This document shows positions 7,749 through 16,904 of a DNA stretch of 64,000 nt, one piece after another (positions within the stretch are counted from its first letter, which is position 1; every line of letters starts with the position of its first letter). Where the stretch lies: positions 79,058-143,057 of the forward strand of contig VBOZ01000033.1 of NCBI GenBank assembly GCA_005893305.1. Reading direction: 5' to 3'. A model generated the notes under the pieces. That model worked only from the letters and a program-made list of their open reading frames with translations. It made no database searches and had not been told where the DNA came from. The stretch is from Candidatus Eiseniibacteriota bacterium. Its GTDB lineage: Bacteria; Eisenbacteria; RBG-16-71-46; SZUA-252. The position numbers were made by a program, and so were the translations under genes.

Positions 7749-9893
7749 ACGACTGCCGATGGCGCCGAGCGCGGCGGGGATGTACATCAGCTCGACGTAC
7801 TCTTTCATCATTCGCCGGCCCGAAAAGGCGGGCGTGACGGTCCGGATCGCCTGCCGTACCACCTCGAGCCATCCGCGCGGGATGTCGCCGGAATCTCGAT
7901 CGTAGTAGAGCGGCACGATCGTCTCCTCGATCAGCCTGTATAGCTCGGCGGCATCGCGGGCGTCGGCATCCGGCGCCTCGGCGTCGCCGCCGAAAGCCCA
8001 GCCGTTCGCGCGTCCCGCGGCCTCTGCCCACCAGCCATCCAAGATGCTCACGCTGGGAACGCCGTTGATTCCCGCCTTCATCCCGCTTGTCCCGGATGCC
8101 TCCTGCGGGGCGCGCGGATTATTGAGCCAGAGATCGACGCCCTGCGTGAGCCAATGCGCAGCGTGCATGTCGTAGTCCTCGAGGAACGCCACGCGGCCGG
8201 CCGCGGCCGGATCGCGCGCGGCCCGATAGACCGATTGAAGAATCTCCTTCCCCTGCTCGTCGGCCGGGTGCGCCTTCCCGGCGAAGATGATCTGGACCGG
8301 CCTCCGCTCATTCGTGAGGATCGCGTGGAGCCTGGCGGGATCGCGGAGGATCAAGCCCGCGCGCTTGTACGTGGCGAAGCGCCGGGCGAAGCCGATCGTC
8401 AGCGCCCCGGGATCGAGGAGCGACCCGAGCGCGACGGCCTGACCGGGATCGGCGTGGCTCGCGGCCCATCGTTGGCGGACTCGATCGCGCAGGAAGCGAA
8501 AAAGGCCGGCCTTGAGCCTCCGCCTGACCTCCCAGAGCGCCTCGTCCGGGATCGCCGACACGCGCTCCCATAGGGCCGGATCGTCGTGCCGCTCGATCCA
8601 GTCCTCGGCAACGTGGCGCTTGTGGAGGCGATCGATGTCGCCCGCGATCCAGGTCGGCACGTGCACGCCGTTGGTGATCGACGCGATCGGTACCTGATCC
8701 ACGGGGAGCCCCGGCCAGAGGTCCTGCCACATCGCGCGCGCGACCTCGCCGTGCTTCCGGCTCACCGCGTTCACGCGCCCGCTCAGCCGGAGCGCGAGTG
8801 CGGTCATGTTGAACGCGGGACCCCACGCCGCCGGGTGGGTGGCCATGCTGTAGAGCCGCTCGCGGTATGCGTCGATGACGGCGCCGTATTCTCCGAGGCG
8901 CGAGACGTAGTTCTCGACGAGCGGGAAGGGGAAGGCGTCGTTGCCCGCGGGAACGGGCGTGTGCGTCGTGAAGATCGTGGTGGCGCGCACCTCCTCCACA
9001 GCGCGGTCGAAGTCGACCCCGGCGCGGAGCCGCTCGCGGAGTCGCTCCACCATCATGAGCGCCGTGTGGCCTTCGTTCCCGTGCCAGACCGTGGGTTTCA
9101 CGCCGAGCGCGCGCAGCATCCGCACTCCGCCGACGCCGAGCACGATCTCTTGAAGGAATCGCGCGTTTTGGTCCCCACCGTAAAGCCGCCCGGTCAGCTC
9201 CCGATCCCAGGGTGCGTTGCCGTCGAGGTCGGTGTCGAGCAGGTAGAGGACGCTCCTACCGATCAGGACCTTCCACGCCGCCACCTGAAGCATGCGGTCG
9301 GGCAGCGTCAGGCTGACCCGGATCGGCTTGCCGTCGGCGGTGGTCACGGGGGCGACGGGAACCTGTCCGCGATCGATTTGCTCGTAGACCTCCTCCTGCC
9401 TGCCTTCCGGGTTCACGTACTGGCGGAAGTATCCCTGCGGGTACATGAAGCCGATTCCGACGAGGGGAATTCCGAGGTCGCTCGCCTCTTTGGTGATATC
9501 GCCGGCCAGGACACCAAGCCCGCCCGCATAGAGCGGGAGCGAGTTGTGGATGCCGTACTCCGCGGAGAAGAACGCGAGCGTGCATCCCGAGACCGCGGGG
9601 TGACGCTCGGCGCACCAGTTTTTGTCGCCGCGGATCGCTGCGTCGAACGCTTTCATCACCGTTTCGTAGCGGCGCAGGATCTCCGGGTCGGCCGCGGCGA
9701 GGACCAGGCGCTCGGCGGCGATCTCGTGGAGGAAGCGCACCGGGTTGTGCCGGGTCTCCCGCCAAAGCGTCTCGTCGAGCGCGCGAAAGAAGTCTCGCGC
9801 CTCGAGGTGCCAGGACCACCACAGGTTCTGGGCCAGCTCGGGGAGTCGTTCCAAGGCTGTCGGCATCGTTCGCATAGCGCGAAAGAGTGCCAC
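7740..9893 (-). CDS. glgP: Alpha-glucan (glycogen/maltodextrin) phosphorylase
   Basis: NLWWSW, YAGGLGVLAGD, NEGH, FTTHTPVPAG, ARRFATYKR, EASGTSGMK (PLP lysine). Confidence 0.96.
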   Translation of the reverse strand: MALFRAMRTMPTALERLPELAQNLWWSWHLEARDFFRALDETLWRETRHNPVRFLHEIAAERLVLAAADPEILRRYETVMKAFDAAIRGDKNWCAERHPAVSGCTLAFFSAEYGIHNSLPLYAGGLGVLAGDITKEASDLGIPLVGIGFMYPQGYFRQYVNPEGRQEEVYEQIDRGQVPVAPVTTADGKPIRVSLTLPDRMLQVAAWKVLIGRSVLYLLDTDLDGNAPWDRELTGRLYGGDQNARFLQEIVLGVGGVRMLRALGVKPTVWHGNEGHTALMMVERLRERLRAGVDFDRAVEEVRATTIFTTHTPVPAGNDAFPFPLVENYVSRLGEYGAVIDAYRERLYSMATHPAAWGPAFNMTALALRLSGRVNAVSRKHGEVARAMWQDLWPGLPVDQVPIASITNGVHVPTWIAGDIDRLHKRHVAEDWIERHDDPALWERVSAIPDEALWEVRRRLKAGLFRFLRDRVRQRWAASHADPGQAVALGSLLDPGALTIGFARRFATYKRAGLILRDPARLHAILTNERRPVQIIFAGKAHPADEQGKEILQSVYRAARDPAAAGRVAFLEDYDMHAAHWLTQGVDLWLNNPRAPQEASGTSGMKAGINGVPSVSILDGWWAEAAGRANGWAFGGDAEAPDADARDAAELYRLIEETIVPLYYDRDSGDIPRGWLEVVRQAIRTVTPAFSGRRMMKEYVELMYIPAALGAIGSRKS

Positions 9894-9927
9894 AGAAGAG
9901 GGCCGCGGCGCTAGACTTCCGGCCCCT

Positions 9928-11436
9928 ATGGTCCGAAACGCCGGCCTTCTCCTTCATCCCACCTCCTTGCCCGGCCCCTACGGCATCGGCGACATCGGCC
10001 CCCGGGCCATCCGATTCCTCGATTGGGCCGCCTCGGCCGGTTTGTCGGTGTGGCAGGTGCTGCCTTTAGGGCCCACCGGACTCGGAAATTCCCCCTACAG
10101 CGCGCTCTCGGTCTTCGCGGGGAGCCCGCTCCTGATCTCCCCCGAATGGTTGGTGGAGGAGGGGCTCCTGGACGCGGAGGCGCTGGAGGAGGTCCCCGAG
10201 TTTTTGGAAGGGCCGGTCGACTACGAGCGGGCCAGAATGTGGAAGGAGCGGATGCTTCGCGCGGCGTGGGAGAACGTGCGGCGCGGAGGCGATGCGGGGT
10301 CGCGCGCGGCGAGGGAGGATCTGAAGGGGTTTCTGGAGTCGCCCGGGAACGCCGCGTGGCTGGCGGATTGGACCCTCTATGCGGCGGTCAAGGATCGCCA
10401 GGAGGGCGGCCCCTGGACGGAATGGTATAAGCCGGTCGCCGGTCGAAAGCCTGCGGCGCTCGAGGCGGCGGAGCGAACGGTCACGGTCGAGCGGGAGTAC
10501 CATGCGTTCGTCCAGTGGATCTTCGCGCGGCAGTGGAAGCGGCTTCGTGAAGCGGCGCGTGAGCGGGGGATCGAGATCTTAGGCGACATGCCGATCTACC
10601 CCGCGCTCGACTCCGCCGAGGTTTGGGCCAATCAGCGGCTGTTTACTTTAGGCGAGGACGGAATGCCCGAGGACGTGGCTGGCGTTCCCCCCGACTACTT
10701 CAGCGAGACGGGGCAGCTCTGGGGGAATCCTTTGTACCGGTGGGATCGGATGGAGGCGGAAGGGTTCAAGTGGTGGGTGGTAAGGGTGCGGGCCGCGCTG
10801 GCGATGTTTGATAGGGTGCGGATCGATCATTTTCGGGCGTTCGCGTCGTATTGGGCTATCCCTGCAGCGGCACAGACGGCAATGGAGGGGCGATGGGTTC
10901 GCGGCCCAGGGATGAAGCTGTTCGAGGCGCTCCGACGGGAACTGGGGGAGTTGAAGCTGGTGGCGGAGGACCTCGGCATTATCGACGAGCCTGTGCGGGA
11001 TCTGCTCCGCGCGTCGGGATTTCCCGGAATGCGCGTGCTCCAGTTCGGGCTCACCGATCCGAGGAGCACGCACCATCCGAGGAATCACGTCGAGAACGCG
11101 ATCGTCTACACCGGCACACACGACAACGACACGTCGCGGGGATGGTTCGAGGGACTCGATGAGAGCGAGCGGGCGCAGGTGCTGGGTACCGTGGGCGGCG
11201 ACGGACGCGAGATCGAGTGGGACATGATCCGCGTCGCGCTGGATTCGCCCGCGCGGACGGCGATCATTCCCATGCAGGATGTGCTCGGCCTGGGAAGCGA
11301 GGCACGAATGAACATGCCGTCGGAGCCCGACGGGAATTGGGAGTGGAGGATGGCGGAGGGGGCGTTGACGACGGAGCGTGCGGCGCGGATGAGAGGGCTG
11401 GCGGAAGGGGCGGGGAGAGCCTTCAGCGTTACCTGA
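9928..11436 (+). CDS. malQ: 4-alpha-glucanotransferase (GH77)
   Basis: GLLLHPTSLPG, WQVLPLGP, GVPPDYFSETGQLWGNPLY, RIDHFR, AEDLG, YTGTHDNDT. Confidence 0.96.
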   Translation: MVRNAGLLLHPTSLPGPYGIGDIGPRAIRFLDWAASAGLSVWQVLPLGPTGLGNSPYSALSVFAGSPLLISPEWLVEEGLLDAEALEEVPEFLEGPVDYERARMWKERMLRAAWENVRRGGDAGSRAAREDLKGFLESPGNAAWLADWTLYAAVKDRQEGGPWTEWYKPVAGRKPAALEAAERTVTVEREYHAFVQWIFARQWKRLREAARERGIEILGDMPIYPALDSAEVWANQRLFTLGEDGMPEDVAGVPPDYFSETGQLWGNPLYRWDRMEAEGFKWWVVRVRAALAMFDRVRIDHFRAFASYWAIPAAAQTAMEGRWVRGPGMKLFEALRRELGELKLVAEDLGIIDEPVRDLLRASGFPGMRVLQFGLTDPRSTHHPRNHVENAIVYTGTHDNDTSRGWFEGLDESERAQVLGTVGGDGREIEWDMIRVALDSPARTAIIPMQDVLGLGSEARMNMPSEPDGNWEWRMAEGALTTERAARMRGLAEGAGRAFSVT

Positions 11437-11771
11437 CCCCCGGCTGCTTGATGTTTGAGCCCAACATGGCTAACGCGGACATGAAGTCGGCCCGGCGTGC
11501 GATAGTTTTCCAAGATTTTTCTTGACGAGTTTCGCTGGCCAAATCGCTGACTCTCCGCGTGTCCTCACCACCGCGTCACCAGGCCTCCTTGCATACCGCG
11601 AACAATCCGATCGAGCGCATTGGATCTCAAAAGACTCCCTGCCCTCCAACGTGTGCGCTGCGAGCCTCTGCGGCCGACGAAATGGCTCGTGATATAAGAG
11701 AAGCACCCCCATTGAAGCCTGGTTGTGATCCAGGCAACTTCAGAGGAGATGCCCCGTGAGCAGGTGTTCTC

Positions 11772-13157
11772 ATGCGCCACTTCTCGTTGACCCATCTCAG
11801 CGATGCTGTTCTCATTCGCGATCTGGCTGCGCTTATCGCCCACGATCGCGTGACTACGGCCGCGATCCTCGCCCACATCGCCGAGGTCGATGCACGGCGG
11901 CTGTACGCCCCGACCGGCTATCCGTCCATGCATGCGTACTGTGTGGGGGAGCTGCGCTTGTCCGAGGACGCGGCCTCAAAGCGGATCCAGGCGGCCCGGA
12001 TCGCTCGGCAGTTCCCGGCCCTGCTCGACGCGCTGGCTGACGGGCGGCTACACCTGACAGCTGTGTGCTTGTTGGCGCCCCATCTCACGGTGGAGAACGC
12101 TGAGAGCCTCATGGAGGCAGCGACCCGGCGGCGGAAGGCCGAGATCGAGGAACTGCTGGCCCGCCTCTTTCCGAAGCCGGGACTGCCGGCGATGGTGAGC
12201 GCGATCCCGGCGATGGTGGGTTCAATCCCGGCGATGATCCCGGAACATGCGCCAGCGCATGTAGGAGATGTCCTACATCAACATGCCCCGGGGCATGTTG
12301 AAGATGTGCGACCTGACTGTAAGGCAGCGCCCGAGAGCTTCCTCCTCAACCTCACGATCGGGAAGAGCACGCGCGACAAGCTCCGCTACGCCCAGGACCT
12401 GCTGAGCCATGCTGTTCCCTCGGGGGATGTCGCTCAGGTGCTCGACCGGGCGCTTGATGCCCTGATCGTTGAGCTCGAGAAACGAAAGCTGGGCGCCGGC
12501 ACTCGCCTGCGGCCTAAGCTCGGACCCGCCAGCCCCTCGGGGCGTCGACTCCACACCCCACCGGTGGGTGAGCGCTCGGTCGTGACGTCGATGGTGGCAC
12601 GCTCACGCCCGACTACCCGAAACCGCTACGTCCCGGCACGCGTCCGCCGTGCCGTTTGGGAGCGGGACGGGGGTCAATGCACCTTCGTCGGCGCATCAGG
12701 CCACCGCTGTGAATCGCGACGATTCCTGGAGTTCGACCATGTCGACCCGGTGGCGCGAGGGGGACGGGCAACCGTAGAGGGGATGCGGCTCCGGTGTCGG
12801 GCGCACAACCAGTACGAAGCGGAGCGCATGTTCGGTGCGGGGTTCATGAGCCACAAGCGTCAAGAGGCGCGACGCGCTGCGGCGGAATCACGGGCGCGGA
12901 ACGTGGCGGAAGCACGGGCGCGGGTCTCCCACAACATGCCCCGGGGCATGTTGGAAGGGACCGATGTCAGGGAGCGCGCAGCGTTGGAGAAGGAGTGCGC
13001 TGCCCGGGAGCAGGTCCGCGACGTGTTGGCTGGATTACAAGACCTCGGATGCCGAGCCGACCAGGCACGTCGCGCAGCGGCGATCGCAGCGAACCTTCAT
13101 GGCGCCACGCTGGAGGAGCGGATGCGAGCAGCCTTGACGTCTCTCGGCCGACGATGA
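11772..13157 (+). CDS. DUF222-like N-terminus + HNH endonuclease + RuvA-C-terminal-like helical domain
   Basis: VRRAVWERDGGQC...HRC...LEFDHVDPVARGG...LRCRAHN; C-terminal DVLAGLQDLGC...TLEERMRAAL; codon usage differs from neighbours. Confidence 0.85.
   Translation: MRHFSLTHLSDAVLIRDLAALIAHDRVTTAAILAHIAEVDARRLYAPTGYPSMHAYCVGELRLSEDAASKRIQAARIARQFPALLDALADGRLHLTAVCLLAPHLTVENAESLMEAATRRRKAEIEELLARLFPKPGLPAMVSAIPAMVGSIPAMIPEHAPAHVGDVLHQHAPGHVEDVRPDCKAAPESFLLNLTIGKSTRDKLRYAQDLLSHAVPSGDVAQVLDRALDALIVELEKRKLGAGTRLRPKLGPASPSGRRLHTPPVGERSVVTSMVARSRPTTRNRYVPARVRRAVWERDGGQCTFVGASGHRCESRRFLEFDHVDPVARGGRATVEGMRLRCRAHNQYEAERMFGAGFMSHKRQEARRAAAESRARNVAEARARVSHNMPRGMLEGTDVRERAALEKECAAREQVRDVLAGLQDLGCRADQARRAAAIAANLHGATLEERMRAALTSLGRR
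12186..12240 (+). repeat. 21-bp in-frame tandem repeat (PAMVSAI/PAMVGSI/PAMI)
   Basis: CCGGCGATG starts at 12186, 12207 and 12228. Confidence 0.8.
12279..12300. repeat. Perfect 22-bp palindrome CAACATGCCCCGGGGCATGTTG, copy 1
   Basis: Read directly; degenerate copy ACATGCGC-CA-GCGCATGT lies 36 nt upstream (12245-12262). Confidence 0.95.
12932..12953. repeat. Perfect 22-bp palindrome CAACATGCCCCGGGGCATGTTG, copy 2
   Basis: Identical to 12279-12300 but translated in a different frame. Confidence 0.95.
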
Positions 13158-13158
13158 T

Positions 13159-14223
13159 CTACCGTCGCGCCCTCGCCTTCGCCGCGGCCTGCCAAGCATG
13201 TAGCACCAGCGCCACCGTGATCACCGCGTAGGCCACGAAGACACGGAAGTACTCGCCGATCTGCGCGTCGCCCGCCAGCGCCTTGCCCGCAAGGGGCGAA
13301 ACCACGAATAACGTGTGAAATAGGATCGTACCCAGAAGCGCCTGCCCCACCGTCGCGCGCGAGACCGTCGCGCCCGACACCAAGAGTGCGGCGATCGCGA
13401 ACATTCCGACCTGCTCGTGCGAGTTATAGGTGTTGAGCGTCCCGATGTTCTGCAAGAACAGCAACTGACCCCAGGATGCGAATACAGTCGACAGCACCGT
13501 CGCGATCACACGATTTCGCTCCACGGGAATCCCGGCGATCGCGGCCACGTGGGCATCCTGCCCCATCGCTCGGAGCTGCTGCCCGAGGCGCGTGCGCATG
13601 AAGAACAGCGTGAACGCGCAGAAGGCCGCCACCACCGCATAGGACACGACCGGGACGCGGAGCTGGCGCCCCTCGACGGGCAGATGCACGGCCACCAGGT
13701 CGTCGACCGCGTACTGGATCGTCGTGAGGTCGACCGTGTTCCGGAGGCCGTAGCCCTGGGGCAGAACCATCCCGGGATCGTGGAACGGGATGATCGAGCC
13801 GAGCGCGAACAGGAACAGGAGCTGATAGACCCCGTTCGCGAAATATCCCGCGATGAGACCGGAGACCATCTCCCGCCCCTTCGCCTTGTTGAACAACGCG
13901 CCGGTTGCGAGCCCGAACAAGATCGCGAGCGGCGTCGCGAGGAGCCACGCGGCCGCGAATCCCGCGATCCCCGGAATCTTCCAATGGGTCACGAGGATCG
14001 CCGCGGCCTGGCCCGCCATGGCGCCGATCACGATGCCGAAGTTGAGCCCCAGGCCCGCGAGGATCGGGATCAAGAGCGCGAGGACGAGGACCGAGTTTCG
14101 GCCGACACGGATCAGCATCTCGCCCAGGAGAAACGAGGGCGTGATCTTGGCGACCCAGATCCCCGCGATGCAGAGGGCGGCGAACAGGATCGGGACCGCG
14201 TGACGCAGGAGCGCGCGGCGCAT
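13159..14223 (-). CDS. ABC transporter permease (BPD_transp_2 / CUT2 type)
   Basis: ATG 14223 overlaps the upstream stop (TGATG); GLGLNFGI, RTRLGQQLRAMGQDAHVAAIAGI. Confidence 0.9.
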   Translation of the reverse strand: MRRALLRHAVPILFAALCIAGIWVAKITPSFLLGEMLIRVGRNSVLVLALLIPILAGLGLNFGIVIGAMAGQAAAILVTHWKIPGIAGFAAAWLLATPLAILFGLATGALFNKAKGREMVSGLIAGYFANGVYQLLFLFALGSIIPFHDPGMVLPQGYGLRNTVDLTTIQYAVDDLVAVHLPVEGRQLRVPVVSYAVVAAFCAFTLFFMRTRLGQQLRAMGQDAHVAAIAGIPVERNRVIATVLSTVFASWGQLLFLQNIGTLNTYNSHEQVGMFAIAALLVSGATVSRATVGQALLGTILFHTLFVVSPLAGKALAGDAQIGEYFRVFVAYAVITVALVLHAWQAAAKARARR

Positions 14224-15260
14224 CAGCTCTTTCCCACGCGCGTCAGGGCATAGAGGATCATCCCGTTCTGGATGATGAGCCGGGCGGTCTCGCTGATATC
14301 TCCTTCGATCACCTGGCTCGTGACAGGGAGCGCGATCGTGAGGATCGATTGGAAGAGGAGCGTCCCGATCACGACGTTTCCGATCGTGGCGCGCGTCACG
14401 GTCGCGCCGCCGATCAGGATGCAGGCGATTGCGGGGAAGGCCATCAAGAGCGGGGCGGTGTAGAGCTGCACGAAGCCGAACGACTGCGAGTAGACGACGA
14501 TCCCGATCGCGCCGAGCACGGTCGTGAGGACCGAAGCCTGGATCCGCGTCCGTTGATCCGAGATTCCGGCGGCCAGCGCGAAGCGCGGATTCGAGCGGGC
14601 GGCGGCGATCGAGATCCCCATCTGTGTGCGGAAGAATAGCCAGACCAGGAAGCAGAGCCCGCCGAACACCAAGAGCGCGCCGGTGGGGATCGCGACGCCC
14701 GCCACGGAAAACGCGAGCCACCGGTCGAGAATCTTGTCGTAGATCCCGGTCAAGGCGAGCGTGGTGCGAAGTCCTTTTCCGCCGATCGCCCAGACCAACG
14801 TCGGATTCTTGAACGGCGCGAGCAGCCAGAAGATCGACATCCCCGAGACGATCGCGAAGCCGAGATAGGTCCCGACCATCATCTCCTGACCGCGCGTCCG
14901 GTTGAGGAGCCATCCGTAAGCGACGCCGGCCGGGATCGCGAGGACGAGCCCGATCCCGGTCGCGTAGGCGAGGCCGGCGACGCCCAGGACGCCCGCGTTC
15001 AGCGAGACGACGCAGCCGATCAAGCCGCAGATGATCCCGATGGGGAGCCCGAAATTGAGCCCGAGCCCGCCCTGAACCGCCGGCAGAAGCGCCAGGACGA
15101 GTATTCCATTCCGCGCGACGCGGGTGATCGAATCGGAGATCAGGGAGCGGAGATCCATGTGGGTGGCGACCGCGACCGCGAAGAGGGCGAGCAAAAATCC
15201 CGCGATGAGGAGGCGCGGGAGGCCGATTTCCTTGATCGTCGCGCGGATCTGCTCGTTCAC
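14223..15260 (-). CDS. ABC transporter permease (BPD_transp_2 / CUT2 type)
   Basis: GLGLNFGLP, RTQMGISIAAARSNPRFALAAGI; probable GTG start 15260 (track gives 15284). Confidence 0.88.
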   Translation of the reverse strand: MNEQIRATIKEIGLPRLLIAGFLLALFAVAVATHMDLRSLISDSITRVARNGILVLALLPAVQGGLGLNFGLPIGIICGLIGCVVSLNAGVLGVAGLAYATGIGLVLAIPAGVAYGWLLNRTRGQEMMVGTYLGFAIVSGMSIFWLLAPFKNPTLVWAIGGKGLRTTLALTGIYDKILDRWLAFSVAGVAIPTGALLVFGGLCFLVWLFFRTQMGISIAAARSNPRFALAAGISDQRTRIQASVLTTVLGAIGIVVYSQSFGFVQLYTAPLLMAFPAIACILIGGATVTRATIGNVVIGTLLFQSILTIALPVTSQVIEGDISETARLIIQNGMILYALTRVGKS

Positions 15261-15293
15261 GCCGCGGCCTTCACCGACGCCCAACGCCCGCGT

Positions 15294-16904
15294 TCACGCC
15301 GCGGCGGCCGTCTCGCCGGCCATCGCGAGGCCGAAGGCGGCGTCCGGAGCCCCGGGCGGGAGAATCGTCTCGATTCGGCCGCGATAGACGATCGCGATCC
15401 GGTCGCAGAGGGAGCGAAGCTCGGCCAGCTCCGAGGAGGTCATCACCACGGTCACGCCTTGGTCGCGGTTCAATCCCACCAAGATCTGCAGCACCCGCTC
15501 CTTCGCTCCCACGTCGATGCCGCGCGTCGGCTCGGAAACGAAGAGGAGCTTCGGCTCCAACGTCATCGCTCGCGCCAAGCAGACCTTCTGCTGGTTTCCC
15601 CCGGAGAGGCGCCGGACCTGCTGCGTCGGCCCCTGGGTTCGGATGTCCAAACGCTCGATCATGTCGAGCGCGTGGCGGCGAAGCGCCCCTTGATCCAGAG
15701 GGCGAAGCGCCGGAATCGGAAACCGCCGCAAAAAGCGGCCCTGCGCCTCCAGCGCGGCGAGCGCGATGTTGAGCTCCACGCTCTCCTCGCCCAGGAGCCC
15801 GACGCCGCGGCGATCCTCCGAGACGAACGCGAGACCTCGCTCGAGCGCCTTCCGAGGCTCGTTCAAAGGAAACGGCTCGCCATGCAGGAGGACTTCGCCC
15901 GAGGCGGGATAAAGACCCATGATCCCGTTCGCGATCCCGATCTTGCCCTGGCCCGCCAGGCCGCCGATCCCCAGAATCTCGCCCCGCTTCACGGTGAGCG
16001 AAACGTCGTGGACCGGCTCGCCCGGCATGTCGACCATCAGCTTCGTGATCGTGAGCGCGGCATCGCCCGCCGCGTCGAAGGCACGCCGCCCGGCCGCGGC
16101 GGCCGCGGGGCGCCCGACCATGAGCTCGGCGATCCGCACGACCGACGTCGTCTTCGGGTCGACCTGTCCGACGATCTCGCCGTCGCGCAGCACGGTGACA
16201 CGGTCCGCGGCCGCGCGCACCTCGTCCAGCCGGTGGGTGATGAAGAGGACGGCCACGCCGCGCGCCGCGAAATCGCGCATCGCTTCGAGCAGACGGTCGG
16301 CCTCGGTCTCGGTCAAAACCGCCGTCGGCTCGTCGAAGATGAGGAGCTTGAGCCGCTCCTTGTCCATCTCGCGGGCGATCTCGACGAACTGCATGTGGCC
16401 GACGGGAAGGCCGGCGACCGGGAGCCACTCGTCGATCCCGAGCCCGACGCGGTCGAGCGCCTGCCTCGCATCCCGGCGCATCCGCGGGACGTCGAGGGCA
16501 TCGAGGCCGTGGCCAAAGAGAGGAGTGAGCGGGGTGGGGTGCGCGGGCTCGCGGTTCAGCTTGATGTTCTCGGCGACGCGGAACCCGGGGAGGAGCATGA
16601 ACTCCTGGTGGACCATCCCGATCCCTGCGGCCATCGCTTCGGCGGGGCTCTTGAAGCGGACCGCCTCGCCTCCAAGCAGGGCCTGCCCTCCGTAGCCGCC
16701 GGTCTCGTGGATGACCGGCATGCCGAAGAGGATGTTCATGAGGGTCGACTTGCCGGCGCCGTTCTCGCCGACGAGGGCGTGGATCTCCCCGGCGGAGACC
16801 GTCAGGGAAACACCCTTTAAGACACGATTGCCCTCGAACTCCTTTACGACGTCGCGGAGCTCGAGGGCAGCTGCGTTTCCGCTAGTAGTAGATGTTGCTG
16901 ACAA
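15294..16904 (-). CDS. Sugar-type ABC transporter ATP-binding protein (tandem NBD)
   Basis: GENGAGKST, VHQE, FDEPT, ITHRL, EDRR, LSGGNQQK, EPTRGIDVGAK. Confidence 0.93.
   Translation of the reverse strand: MSATSTTSGNAAALELRDVVKEFEGNRVLKGVSLTVSAGEIHALVGENGAGKSTLMNILFGMPVIHETGGYGGQALLGGEAVRFKSPAEAMAAGIGMVHQEFMLLPGFRVAENIKLNREPAHPTPLTPLFGHGLDALDVPRMRRDARQALDRVGLGIDEWLPVAGLPVGHMQFVEIAREMDKERLKLLIFDEPTAVLTETEADRLLEAMRDFAARGVAVLFITHRLDEVRAAADRVTVLRDGEIVGQVDPKTTSVVRIAELMVGRPAAAAAGRRAFDAAGDAALTITKLMVDMPGEPVHDVSLTVKRGEILGIGGLAGQGKIGIANGIMGLYPASGEVLLHGEPFPLNEPRKALERGLAFVSEDRRGVGLLGEESVELNIALAALEAQGRFLRRFPIPALRPLDQGALRRHALDMIERLDIRTQGPTQQVRRLSGGNQQKVCLARAMTLEPKLLFVSEPTRGIDVGAKERVLQILVGLNRDQGVTVVMTSSELAELRSLCDRIAIVYRGRIETILPPGAPDAAFGLAMAGETAAAA

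Noticed and set aside
12186..12310. Repeats in the HNH gene as a mini CRISPR array
   Set aside because: Only 2-3 degenerate units, in-frame within a CDS, no unique spacers of regular length and no cas genes
11437..13158. HNH locus as a classical IS or IscB/TnpB element
   Set aside because: No transposase, RuvC motifs, terminal inverted repeats or target duplication found by eye
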